From the NCBI GenBank assembly GCA_002495645.1, contig DAGF01000067.1, positions 1 to 52,136 on the forward strand: a stretch of DNA of 52,136 nucleotides, given 5' to 3'. Below, in pieces: positions 16,356 through 25,699 of this stretch (position 1 is its first letter; each line of letters begins with the position of its first letter). Position numbers and translations under genes: made by a program. The notes beneath the pieces were generated by a model, which did not search any database, was not told where the DNA came from, and saw only the letters and a program-made list of their open reading frames with translations. This DNA comes from Euryarchaeota archaeon UBA549. Its GTDB lineage: Archaea; Thermoplasmatota; Poseidoniia; Poseidoniales; Poseidoniaceae.

Positions 16356-17644
16356 GTTCCACTTCGGACGAGCGCCGACTCCAGCGCGCCTTCATCGCTC
16401 TCCTGCTCGCCTTTTTTGTCAACTTTCTTGGCTACGCCTTCATCGTCCCCATTCTGCCATCGTGGCAAACACAATTTGACCTCAATGCGACCCAGGCAAC
16501 CCTCCTCGTATCCTTGTGGGCGGTTCCTTTGCTTCTCTTTGGACCGATAACCGGACGCATCACTGACCGATTCGGAGCCGGCAGGACGATGTTCATCAGT
16601 TTGGTTTTGCTGACGGCCTCGAGCGGCCTCTATGTCGTGGCGACCAACGAGTGGGTGGGGCGTCCGTTTCTCTTGCTTGCCTTCGCTCGCATGGTTCACG
16701 GCGCTTCGGGTGCCACCATCATGACGGCCGGCTTAGCCGCCGCCTCTCAATTATGGCCCGTGCGTTTTGGTGAGCAGGCTGGAAAGTTGCTGGGGATGGC
16801 GGCCATTGGAGGCTTGTTTGGGCCGGTGCTCGGCGGGGTGTTATTCGCCTGGGGGGAGGCATCTGCGTTCACCGTCTTGGCCGTCTTAACCGCCTTGGTT
16901 TGTCCGCTGATGTGGTTTTCAACCGAGATCATCGGTGGGCCTCGTGACCACGCCACGCCCTCGGTGTCTTTGCGCGTGTTTTTCTCGGACCGGATTCTCT
17001 TCAGAGTCGGTGTGCTGTTGGCCATCACCACCGTGGCCACAGGCGCCCTCGAAGCCGGTGTGCCATTATTCCTTGACGATGCCTTGGGCCTTTCTTCGGC
17101 CGCCATTGGGGGCGTGCTTCTTGTCATGGTGCTAATGCAGGCTCTTGGGTCCGTTATCTGGGGGCGCTGGGTTGACCGAAACGGGCCAACACGCTACATG
17201 GTCATCGGCTGGTTCTTTGTTGTCGCTTCCCTTCTCGGGGTGGGCTTGGTCGGCTCCTTGCTGGCAGGAAACGTCGCTGTGTTGGGGATGATTTTGCTCC
17301 TCGGTTCGTTCCAATTTTTCATCGCTGCTACACAAATTCCGATGCTACCGATGATCGATACCGCTACCAACCGCGCCCTCGGCGAAGGCAACCCCGGTCT
17401 TGCGTTTGGTGTGTTCGGAGCGGCGTGGGCGGCCGGGATCATCGTGGGTCCGCTCTTGGTTGGGCCCGCGTTTGACCTCTTTGGGTCGTGGGCCATTGCG
17501 CTTGGAGGACTGGCTATCCCTGCCTTTGGGGCGCTCTTGCTGACATTGACCAACCGAGACCTCCTCCACGATTGTTATGAGGAGGAAATCGGAAAACGAA
17601 AATCCGAGCGTGAAGGTGTCCACGAAGCCCTTCAACCCGAATGA
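16352..17644 (+). CDS. MFS transporter
   Basis: It has about 12 hydrophobic segments and the loop GRITDRFGAGR after TM2. The GTG start overlaps the upstream stop (GTGA). Confidence 0.8.
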   Translation: MSSTSDERRLQRAFIALLLAFFVNFLGYAFIVPILPSWQTQFDLNATQATLLVSLWAVPLLLFGPITGRITDRFGAGRTMFISLVLLTASSGLYVVATNEWVGRPFLLLAFARMVHGASGATIMTAGLAAASQLWPVRFGEQAGKLLGMAAIGGLFGPVLGGVLFAWGEASAFTVLAVLTALVCPLMWFSTEIIGGPRDHATPSVSLRVFFSDRILFRVGVLLAITTVATGALEAGVPLFLDDALGLSSAAIGGVLLVMVLMQALGSVIWGRWVDRNGPTRYMVIGWFFVVASLLGVGLVGSLLAGNVAVLGMILLLGSFQFFIAATQIPMLPMIDTATNRALGEGNPGLAFGVFGAAWAAGIIVGPLLVGPAFDLFGSWAIALGGLAIPAFGALLLTLTNRDLLHDCYEEEIGKRKSEREGVHEALQPE

Positions 17645-20295
17645 GAAGAGGATTGAAACCACCCATCCCGTGCGAGGGTCGGGGACAGGCCATGTCACAG
17701 GGGGACCTACCGGAAATCTTTGGCCAAGAATGGCGAGCTGCCCAGCCGTTGGAGTTTGTCCAACCACTTCCGAAAGACGCTGCTCGCTCAGAAGTGCTTT
17801 CCTTCGTTGCTCAACAACACGACGCCCACCTCTTCCTCGTGGCCAGTGTATGGGACCACCTCGTGGACAGCGAGCCAGAAACCTTTGAGGGGCCGTCGTG
17901 GAACACCTTTGCTCAACGCTTCGTTGACGCCCTTGAACGAGGCCTGAAGAAACAAATGAAGAGCACGCTCGGGGATGAACTCGAGCGAGAAGTGATCCCC
18001 CGACGAAGCATGGAGGTCATGCTTGAGCGACGAAGAACCCACTTTTTGGTGGACATGCGCTTGATGCTTCGCCGTCTCGCTCACTACATGGCGGTGACCG
18101 TGGAGCAGCGGCTTGAATGGCAACGTTTGATGACACGCACGCGATGTTTGGACGCTGCGCTCAAAGACATCTTCACCCAAGGCGTTGAAACGCCAGATGG
18201 CGGCAAGTTCGGTGGCAAAGGCTTCCGCTCAACGTGGCAGGAAGGCGTGGTGGCGGTCGCCACGGCGCTCAATCGCCAGCCCGATGCTCCCCGAGACGCC
18301 CGCCCGGGACGCGGCTACGATGGTGACCTCGTCGCTCCCATGATTCGTGATGTTGGGCTCGGTCTTGCCATGGGCGATACGCCCCTTGATGTGATGGCGG
18401 CCAACCTCGGAAAGGCCGGTTCCAATCAAAACGGAGGTTGGGACGATGCCGGTGGACGTGACCTCCACGTCGGTGCGTGGCATGTCGGTGTACTCCCACC
18501 AACCGCACCGCTCCCCATCGCCAGCGCAACCATGACCGGTTTGGCGTTTGCAGCATGGCGCCAATCACTCGACCGTTTTCATGTAGCCTGCATCGGCGAA
18601 GGTGCTTCGTCGTCGGGTGAATTTTGGGAAGCCATGAACCTCGCAGGCGCTAGAGGGCTGCCCATCACCTACATTCTGCAAAACAACCAGATTGCGCTTG
18701 ACACGCCACCGGCGAAGCAATCCGGTGTTGAGGTGTGGGCCGACAAGGCCAACGCCATGGGCTTCCCCGCATGGACCATCGACGGCTCTGACCCCGCTGC
18801 TTGGCACGCATCAACCGCCGTGGCCCGAGAATTTTCCATGGCGGGTGGTGGCCCAACCCTCATTCACGTTGAAACGATGCGAGGCTGTGGCCACGCTCAC
18901 CACCATGATGACCTCTATTTGGGCAATCCAAGCGGTACACCGGTCGGGTATGTTGACCGGGATTTGTTGGCCTATTGGGAGGCCAAAGACCCCATCCCAA
19001 CGCACCGTGCACTGTTGATTGAGATGGGTGTAGAGGAAGAGCTGCTTGAAGCGATGGAAGCAGAAGAGCTCGAGGGCGTTGAAGCGGCGAGAAATGAACT
19101 GCTTGAAATGGCGTGGCCCGAACCTGAAACGGTCACCAAAGGCGTCACAACCCTGCACGATGCCGATACGCACGGCGACCACCTGATGCGGTATTCTGGA
19201 CAGCAGGCCCCACCCGGTGTCGATGCACCATTGGACGTCGGTGAACATGCTTGGGCTTACGCCGAAAAGGGTGGGTGGACCTATGCAAGGGCCATTCAGC
19301 AAGCCATGGCGGATATTGCGACCATGCACGGTGATGATTGCGTCTTCATCGGTGAAGATATGGAAGTCGCCGGTGCGTTTGGGATGAACATGGCCCTGAA
19401 GAACGCCGGCCACACGGACAAACTCATCGACATGCCACTGTGCGAAGCCATCATCGTCCACACCGGCGTTGGTGCTGCCCTTTCAGGCATGAAGCCCATG
19501 GTCGAGATTCAATTTGGTGGCTTCGCAGCCCTCGGATTCAACGCCTTGGTGAACAACGCGGCCATGCTTCGTTGGCGCTGGGGAGCAGACTGTCCCATGA
19601 CGGTCCGCATTCCGCTTGGCGCTCGCACACGCTCTGGACCCTTCCATGCGAACATGATCGAATCCTGGTTTGCCAACGACCCAGGTTTGGTGGTGATGGC
19701 GCCAGGAACGCCCCAAGACGCCTATGATCTGCTGATGGAAGGGGCTCAACTGCCCGACCCGGTTCTCATGTTGGAACACATTGGCCTCTACGGTTTGCGT
19801 GGCGGACTGACGGGCTGGGGCATGAACATCAACCAAACCGTTGACACGGAGACGGTGAACACGCACATTGAGAACGGTGAGCGCTACAAACTCGGCCGTG
19901 CCGAGGTGATTCGAGGCGGTCGCGACATCACGCTCGTGACGTGGGGAGCCATGGTTCACATCGCCCTCCAAGCAGCGGACCTTTTGGCAGGGGAAGACAT
20001 CGAAGTGGAGGTGGTTGACCTGCGTACCCTCCTTCCTTTTGATGCCGAAACATGCATTGCTTCTGTGCAACGAACAGGGCGCTTGGTGGTTCTTCAGGAA
20101 GGGCAATGGGCCGGTGGACTTGGCCACACCATTCAGTCCCGTATTATGGAGGATTGTTTCTATGAGTTGGAATCGGCGCCTTCGGTTATCGGGGCTCTTG
20201 ACACGCCCGTGCCGTTTGCCCCACCTCTTGAGAACCACACCATCCCTTCGTTGGAGCACGTCGCCGCTATGCTTCGTGCATCAGTCGGTGCTTGA
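17641..20295 (+). CDS. 2-oxoacid dehydrogenase E1 component, fused alpha and beta subunits (TPP-dependent)
   Basis: The alpha part has IGEGASSSGEFWEAMNLAGARGLPITYILQNN, a TPP motif variant. The beta part has FIGEDMEVAGAFG, CEAIIVHTGVGAALSG, PMVEIQF, DPVLMLEH and VEVVDLRTLLPFD. ATG 17641 overlaps the MFS stop (ATGA); an alternative start at 17692 gives MSQGDL. Confidence 0.85.
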   Translation: MRRGLKPPIPCEGRGQAMSQGDLPEIFGQEWRAAQPLEFVQPLPKDAARSEVLSFVAQQHDAHLFLVASVWDHLVDSEPETFEGPSWNTFAQRFVDALERGLKKQMKSTLGDELEREVIPRRSMEVMLERRRTHFLVDMRLMLRRLAHYMAVTVEQRLEWQRLMTRTRCLDAALKDIFTQGVETPDGGKFGGKGFRSTWQEGVVAVATALNRQPDAPRDARPGRGYDGDLVAPMIRDVGLGLAMGDTPLDVMAANLGKAGSNQNGGWDDAGGRDLHVGAWHVGVLPPTAPLPIASATMTGLAFAAWRQSLDRFHVACIGEGASSSGEFWEAMNLAGARGLPITYILQNNQIALDTPPAKQSGVEVWADKANAMGFPAWTIDGSDPAAWHASTAVAREFSMAGGGPTLIHVETMRGCGHAHHHDDLYLGNPSGTPVGYVDRDLLAYWEAKDPIPTHRALLIEMGVEEELLEAMEAEELEGVEAARNELLEMAWPEPETVTKGVTTLHDADTHGDHLMRYSGQQAPPGVDAPLDVGEHAWAYAEKGGWTYARAIQQAMADIATMHGDDCVFIGEDMEVAGAFGMNMALKNAGHTDKLIDMPLCEAIIVHTGVGAALSGMKPMVEIQFGGFAALGFNALVNNAAMLRWRWGADCPMTVRIPLGARTRSGPFHANMIESWFANDPGLVVMAPGTPQDAYDLLMEGAQLPDPVLMLEHIGLYGLRGGLTGWGMNINQTVDTETVNTHIENGERYKLGRAEVIRGGRDITLVTWGAMVHIALQAADLLAGEDIEVEVVDLRTLLPFDAETCIASVQRTGRLVVLQEGQWAGGLGHTIQSRIMEDCFYELESAPSVIGALDTPVPFAPPLENHTIPSLEHVAAMLRASVGA

Positions 20296-20904
20296 CCCGT
20301 CGGGAAAGAACCGGTGTTTGAGGTCGCACGCCAGCCATGCGCCGAGGGTGGTTGATGCGACATAGAAGGGCAACGTTGCCCACATACCGTTCAAGAGGTT
20401 GGGCCCCAAGGTGCGAGCAGGGTTCATGCTCGCACCGGTCAACGGTCCTGCGATGAGGGCAAGGAGTGCCACGGTGCCGCCAACCCACAGCGCAATCATC
20501 ACCCTTGAGGAGGAGCGTTGAACGATGAGCAGGATGCTGGCCATCAGGGCGGTCGTGATGGCGACCTCGATACCAAATCCTTCCACCAGCGAGACCGAGG
20601 GCGCAAGCGAAGTTGGGGCGGCCCCGCTGACGATGAGCGCGCCTGCGATACCACCCGCACATTGAGCGACGATGTAGGTGGGGAGCAATCGGCCTTCCAA
20701 TTGCCCGTCTCTCCAAAAAGAGATGCTGACTGCGGGGTTGATGTGGGCACCACTCAGCGGTCCAAAGGCGATGATGGCGAGGGTTACGGCGACACCAAAC
20801 GTCAGCGACACGATGCCGTGGCTGGCGCCAAGCGCAACACTTCCACAGCCCGCAGCAACCATGAAGGCCGTGCCAAAGAACTCGCCAGCGAATTCCTTGC
20901 GCAT
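20281..20904 (-). CDS. aqpM: aquaporin / MIP-family channel
   Basis: It has two NPA boxes (HINPAVS, SMNPART) and six hydrophobic segments. ATG 20904 (MRKEFAGEFFGT) is preferred over the TTG at 20943. The 3' end overlaps the convergent E1 gene by 15 nt. Confidence 0.9.
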   Translation of the reverse strand: MRKEFAGEFFGTAFMVAAGCGSVALGASHGIVSLTFGVAVTLAIIAFGPLSGAHINPAVSISFWRDGQLEGRLLPTYIVAQCAGGIAGALIVSGAAPTSLAPSVSLVEGFGIEVAITTALMASILLIVQRSSSRVMIALWVGGTVALLALIAGPLTGASMNPARTLGPNLLNGMWATLPFYVASTTLGAWLACDLKHRFFPDGSSTD

Positions 20905-21004
20905 GGTGCTGGGCTGTCCTCGGCGGTTCAAAGCCTTCGTCAAGAATGAAGCCGCAGTAATTTAACGAGGTAACCGTCAAGAAGTGGAGGCGAGTCCACA
21001 AGCC

Positions 21005-22135
21005 ATGGGTGAGGAGGCCGCCGCCAAAGAAACCGGCATTCCTCAGCTGGTGTTCAGCAACACCTTGGTTCTCAACGGCGCTCTGTTTCTGGGAATTTTG
21101 GCTCTTCATTCCGTTGTTGAGGATTCTGCCATCAACAACAACTGGCTGTCTTTTGCACTGCTCGCCATGGCACTGGCCTTGCTCATCAAGTCGGCTGATG
21201 TGTTCATTGAAGGGGCCAAAGGTTTGGCTTACCGTGCGGGTTTGCCAGAGGTGGTCATTGGCTTAACCATCGTCTCCATCGGTACATCGCTTCCCGAAAT
21301 TTTAGTCACATCCACGGCAGCAGCCGACATCCCCACAAATCCTGAAATCGGAGATTTGGCCATCGGTGGCATTTACGGCTCAATTCTGGTTCAAATCACT
21401 CTTATTCTCGGCGTGGTTGTTGCCTTCCGCGGCGTGAAGGTTCGGCCGTCGTGGTTGAAGCGAGACGGTTTCATCATGTTCGCCTCCATCGGTTTAGTGA
21501 CCCTCTTCCTGTTCACCGGGGCAGGGTTGAGCCGAATTGAGGGCGCCTTGCTGATGTCGTTGTACATCGCTTACATCTACTGGTTGCTTTCCCACAGGGA
21601 CGAAATCCTCGAGGAAGAATTGAGCGGAGGCGAGCAGGTCGAACGGAAGGTCACTCGGACAACAGCATCCTACGCCTTCATGGTAACCAGCGGCTTGCTG
21701 TTGGCCTTGTTCGCAGCGCACCATTTGGTGAACGTGGCCAGCGATATGGCCTACGCCTTCAATGTCCCCCACGCTGTCATCGGCACAACGGTTTCCGGCC
21801 TTGGGACCTCGTTGCCCGAATTGACCATCGCCTTCCTCGCCGCCAAGCGCAGTCAGGGCGTGGCCATCGGGACCCTCATCGGTTCAAACATCACCGATCC
21901 GCTGCTTTCCATCGGCTTTGCCGCTTTGGTCCACCCGCTCGCTCTGACCTCAGCAAGTTTTGCTTTGACCGCCTATGTCATCATCCCTGCGACCTTTATC
22001 GGAACGGGCGTTGCCCTCTTGATGATGCGCTCGGAGTACGAATTCAAGCGATGGGAAGGCGTCATTCTCATCCTGATTTACATGATTTTCTTGGCCGTCC
22101 TCGCTGCAGAGCACCAAGGCTATCTTGTCCTTTGA
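21005..22135 (+). CDS. Ca2+/cation antiporter (CaCA family, YrbG-like)
   Basis: It has two alpha-repeat signatures, GTSLPEILVT and GTSLPELTIA, and about 10 TM segments. ATG 21005 is preferred over GTG 20984. Confidence 0.85.
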   Translation: MGEEAAAKETGIPQLVFSNTLVLNGALFLGILALHSVVEDSAINNNWLSFALLAMALALLIKSADVFIEGAKGLAYRAGLPEVVIGLTIVSIGTSLPEILVTSTAAADIPTNPEIGDLAIGGIYGSILVQITLILGVVVAFRGVKVRPSWLKRDGFIMFASIGLVTLFLFTGAGLSRIEGALLMSLYIAYIYWLLSHRDEILEEELSGGEQVERKVTRTTASYAFMVTSGLLLALFAAHHLVNVASDMAYAFNVPHAVIGTTVSGLGTSLPELTIAFLAAKRSQGVAIGTLIGSNITDPLLSIGFAALVHPLALTSASFALTAYVIIPATFIGTGVALLMMRSEYEFKRWEGVILILIYMIFLAVLAAEHQGYLVL

Positions 22136-22195
22136 CCGCCTGATGTCGAGGGCTCTCATCTAATCGCTCTTAAGGGAGCGACGCTTCGCAGGAAC

Positions 22196-23344
22196 ATGGT
22201 GGACTTCCAACTCGACGAGATGCAAGCCATGTTGAAAGAACTCGCTCACGAGTTTGCTCAAGATGAAATCCGTCCCAACGCTGAACACTGGGATGAAACG
22301 GCGCACTATCCGAAGGAAACCATCCAGGCTGCGCACGAGATGGGCCTGCTGAACCTCCATATCCCCGAAGCCTACGGCGGAGCCGGACTGGGCTCGTTTG
22401 AGGAAGTTCTCGTGAACGAAGAGCTCGCTTGGGGCGACCCCGGCTTTGCCACGGCGGCCTACGCCACAGCCCTTGCCAGCGCCCCCATCATCACCGGTGC
22501 CACGGAAGAGCAGAAGGAGCATTGGTTGCGGAAAATCGCCGAAGAGGGGGCGCTCGCCTCCTACGCTGTTACCGAACCTGGTGCAGGTTCGGATGTGGCT
22601 GCTTGCAAAACGACCGCCATCAAAGACGGCGATGAATACGTCATCAACGGCTCAAAGATGTGGATCACGGGTGCAGGCTATGCTGATTTTTTCTTTGTCC
22701 TCGCCAAAACCGACCCTGAGGCAGGCTATCGAGGCATGTCGGGCTTCGTCGTGGAGAAGGACACCCCGGGCTTTTCGCTGGGTAAAAAAGAAACGAACAT
22801 GGGTCAGCGCTGTTCGGATACACGTTCCATTTCCTTTGATGATGTCCGGGTACCTGCAGACCATTTGATTGGAGGCTCTGAATCCGGTGGATGGATGAAC
22901 GCCATGAAAGCCTTCGACATGAGTCGGCCCAACATCGCAGCCCACGCAACGGGTTTGGCTCGTGCAGCCTACGAGCACGCTCTTCAATACGCCAATGAGC
23001 GCCAAACCTTTGGCAAACCGCTCCACCAACACCAAGCCATTCAATTCATGTTGGCCGACATGAAAACCAACATCGAAGCCTCTCGCATGTTGACCTGGAA
23101 ATCCGCCGCAGAATTTGATGCAGGTGTACGCAACACCGAATCCGCCGCTCACGCCAAGCGATTTTCCGCTGACATGGCCATGCAGGTGGCCACGGACGCT
23201 GTCCAAATTTACGGTGGCTACGGGTATTCCGAGGAGTACCCCGTTGCACGGTTGATGCGTGGAGCAAAGGTCATGCAGATTTACGAGGGTTCGTCCCAAG
23301 TTCAACGCATGATCATCGGTCGAGAAATCACCAAGGGTCTTTGA
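22196..23344 (+). CDS. acyl-CoA dehydrogenase
   Basis: It shows full-length ACAD similarity: YAVTEPGAGSD, NGSKMWITGAGYAD, QIYGGYGYSEEYPVARLMRGAKVMQIYEGSSQVQR. Confidence 0.92.
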   Translation: MVDFQLDEMQAMLKELAHEFAQDEIRPNAEHWDETAHYPKETIQAAHEMGLLNLHIPEAYGGAGLGSFEEVLVNEELAWGDPGFATAAYATALASAPIITGATEEQKEHWLRKIAEEGALASYAVTEPGAGSDVAACKTTAIKDGDEYVINGSKMWITGAGYADFFFVLAKTDPEAGYRGMSGFVVEKDTPGFSLGKKETNMGQRCSDTRSISFDDVRVPADHLIGGSESGGWMNAMKAFDMSRPNIAAHATGLARAAYEHALQYANERQTFGKPLHQHQAIQFMLADMKTNIEASRMLTWKSAAEFDAGVRNTESAAHAKRFSADMAMQVATDAVQIYGGYGYSEEYPVARLMRGAKVMQIYEGSSQVQRMIIGREITKGL

Positions 23345-24115
23345 TCAGCGACGCCCCTTGCGAAGGTTATCCTCCAGTTGCCAAATGCGGTCCTCGTCGT
23401 GATGCCAAGGTTGTTCCACGTTGCTCACGGCCTTCTCCTCTTGCCGCTCCATCCACGAATCGAGTTGCTTGTTCTCAATCTCCAGTGCAAGATACTCAAA
23501 ATGCAGAGGATCAAACACCTCTAACCAAGGCCAGTCCGGATCCATGTCTTCGACGAAGTCGTACTCTTCGATGTCGTGCTCACCGTATTCATCCATATGG
23601 ACGTCATCTTCCATCACCACACCTTCCTCGCTGAACTGGTAGACCTCCTTGAGCGCGTTTCTCGGGGAGACGATGAATTGAGCCAGCAGGGGAATACGCA
23701 TCGCCGTCGTTTTGTCGTTTTGGAGCGCTAAAGCCAACGCCGCCACCTGGTCACCGATGGGCAAACCTCTGGATTCCGAGCGGGGATTGATGCACAACGA
23801 AACGGCGAACGGATTTCGTTCAATGATGTCGCTTTTCCACGCCGCAGCATGAATGTCAATGTTCCAATGCACTTCTTTCACTTCTCGGTAATCCCCGTCA
23901 ATCTCGATGTAATCCTCAATGTAGGTTACTCTGGTGTTGATGGAGTACCAACGCCTTGAAGCGCCCTGGACGGTGATGGCTGGTAGGGATTGAACGTTTT
24001 CTTTGAGTTCCATTTTCGGTGAACCTGCCACAATTCCCTGAAGAAATTCAATGGAGCGCGCGTAGGCATCTCGATTGGACTTCAGCCAGTGCCCCGGTGG
24101 TTTCCATGTGACCAT
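23345..24115 (-). CDS. hypothetical acidic cytoplasmic protein (256 aa)
   Basis: ATG 24115 (MVTWKPPGHW) avoids overlap with the divergent mocA-like gene. There is no TM segment and no motif I recognise. The C-terminal half is rich in D/E/W/H (DEYGEHDIEEYDFVEDMDPDWPWLEVFDPLHFEY). Confidence 0.5.
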   Translation of the reverse strand: MVTWKPPGHWLKSNRDAYARSIEFLQGIVAGSPKMELKENVQSLPAITVQGASRRWYSINTRVTYIEDYIEIDGDYREVKEVHWNIDIHAAAWKSDIIERNPFAVSLCINPRSESRGLPIGDQVAALALALQNDKTTAMRIPLLAQFIVSPRNALKEVYQFSEEGVVMEDDVHMDEYGEHDIEEYDFVEDMDPDWPWLEVFDPLHFEYLALEIENKQLDSWMERQEEKAVSNVEQPWHHDEDRIWQLEDNLRKGRR

Positions 24116-24191
24116 AGGGGGTTGACAGTTCAAGTGTATATCAAGTTCAAAACAACGCAAACCCAAAGGGGAGAGTGCCTTCCTTTCACCC

Positions 24192-24803
24192 ATGAACACC
24201 GAGGCGGTACCGGCCGTGCTGCTCGCAGCGGGCATGAGCCGCCGCCTCGGTCGTCCAAAGGCCTTGGTTTCGGTGAACGGTCGTACGCTCGTTGAATGGG
24301 CGCACGAGCGGCTTCTGGCAGCGAATTGCACCCCTGTTGTGGTGGTGAACACCGACATTGAATCCGAAATCAAGGCGCTGTTGCCAAACGCCCACATCGT
24401 TGTCAACCCTCAACCGGACTTGGGTCGGACGGGCTCCCTCCAACTCGGCCTGCGCACCGTCGTTCAGGTCCTCGGCTACGAAATTCAGCGTCTGGTGATG
24501 GTTCCCGTCGACCGGCCGTGCTGGAATGTGACCCTTCTGAAGACCCTTCTCGAGCATGAAGGTAACGTCGCTCCTGCACATGATGGCCGAAAGGGCCACC
24601 CTGTGGTGTTGGAGGGCGAAGGTCTCGCGACCGTGAGCCAAGCGCAACAGGACACGCCACTACGCGACCTCGTGCATTTCGCCCCAGTCTCTGTTTTCGC
24701 ACCTTGGCTCAACATGAACATCGACACGCCCGAAGATGTTGACCAATTGCTGGCTGAAGGAGAGCACCTTTCCTCCTGTTTTTCTGAAAGCGAAGGGATA
24801 TGA
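24192..24803 (+). CDS. mocA: MobA-like NTP transferase, probable molybdenum cofactor cytidylyltransferase
   Basis: It has the N-terminal motif AVLLAAGMSRRLGRPKAL and a length of about 200 aa. It lies directly upstream of xdhC and in the same region as the coxSLM-type genes. Confidence 0.75.
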   Translation: MNTEAVPAVLLAAGMSRRLGRPKALVSVNGRTLVEWAHERLLAANCTPVVVVNTDIESEIKALLPNAHIVVNPQPDLGRTGSLQLGLRTVVQVLGYEIQRLVMVPVDRPCWNVTLLKTLLEHEGNVAPAHDGRKGHPVVLEGEGLATVSQAQQDTPLRDLVHFAPVSVFAPWLNMNIDTPEDVDQLLAEGEHLSSCFSESEGI

Positions 24804-24826
24804 GGGCGTCCCGCTGAGGACCCACC

Positions 24827-25699
24827 ATGACCGCTCATGTCCTGCAATGGGTTTTGAGCGAACTCGCCCGTCAACGCAAGGTCGTCATGGCCACGGTGTT
24901 GAACACCTCAGGAAGCGTGCCGGGAAAGACCGGTGCCCGTCTTGCCATGTCGTCGTTCGAGGAAGCATGGACGGGCACGGTGGGCGGCGCTGGTCTTGAA
25001 CACAAGGTGCTGGAACGCTGCCGAGGGCTTCTTCTTGAGTCGCATCAACCCTTTGCGGAGGTGTTGACGTTTGGCTTGAACAAAGGTGCGAAGGGCTATG
25101 AGGTAACACCCCTTGATTCGCTGTGCGGCGGTCGGGTGTCGATCGCTATCGAGGTGATGATTCCAATGCCACACGTTCACATCATGGGCGGCGGTCATTG
25201 CGGTGAGGCCTTGGCCACCACGCTCCACGGGTTGGGTTGGACGTATTCCGTCCACGACACACGGGAAGAATATGTTTCTATAGAAAAATACCCACATGCA
25301 ATTGAGCGTTCATCGGCCGCAATTACCGATTTGTTGAGTGGGGAATCTGCCGAATCACTTGGTCGGTTTTCTGATGTGCTCCTTCTGGGTCATGACTGGT
25401 CCGAAGACCAAGAACGATTGCTTGGACTGCTCCACCTCTTGAACACCCCCGATGCGGAGTTGGACGGCGTGAACGCACCGCGCCTTGGTGTCATCGGGAG
25501 TCGCTCAAAATGGCAGGCATTTGAGAAAACTTGCCTTGATGAGGGGCTGCCTCAATCGCTTTTGGACCAGGTCATTTGCCCGATTGGACTCAACATCGGT
25601 GCTCAATCACCCGAAGAGATTGCAGTGGCGGTGGTCGCTCAAATCATGTCGCTTCACAAAGGGGTTGACCCCAACGAGGCCACGTGGCGTCAGGATTGA
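24827..25699 (+). CDS. xdhC: XdhC/CoxI-family molybdoenzyme maturation factor
   Basis: The N-terminal XdhC/CoxI pattern is VMATVLNTSGSVPGKTGARLA. The second, Rossmann-like domain has HVHIMGGGHCGEALA and ICPIGLNIGAQSPEEIAVAVVAQI. Confidence 0.78.
   Translation: MTAHVLQWVLSELARQRKVVMATVLNTSGSVPGKTGARLAMSSFEEAWTGTVGGAGLEHKVLERCRGLLLESHQPFAEVLTFGLNKGAKGYEVTPLDSLCGGRVSIAIEVMIPMPHVHIMGGGHCGEALATTLHGLGWTYSVHDTREEYVSIEKYPHAIERSSAAITDLLSGESAESLGRFSDVLLLGHDWSEDQERLLGLLHLLNTPDAELDGVNAPRLGVIGSRSKWQAFEKTCLDEGLPQSLLDQVICPIGLNIGAQSPEEIAVAVVAQIMSLHKGVDPNEATWRQD

Noticed and set aside
18811-20259. Two long minus-strand ORFs (216 and 258 aa) inside the fused E1 gene.
   Set aside because: The plus frame matches E1 alpha/beta motifs continuously. 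The antisense ORFs have no motifs and a biased composition.
20267-21109. A 280-aa minus-strand ORF in an alternative frame over the aquaporin gene and the CaCA gene start.
   Set aside because: The aquaporin frame has both NPA boxes. The alternative frame is Arg/His/Trp/Cys-rich with no features and would overlap two real genes.
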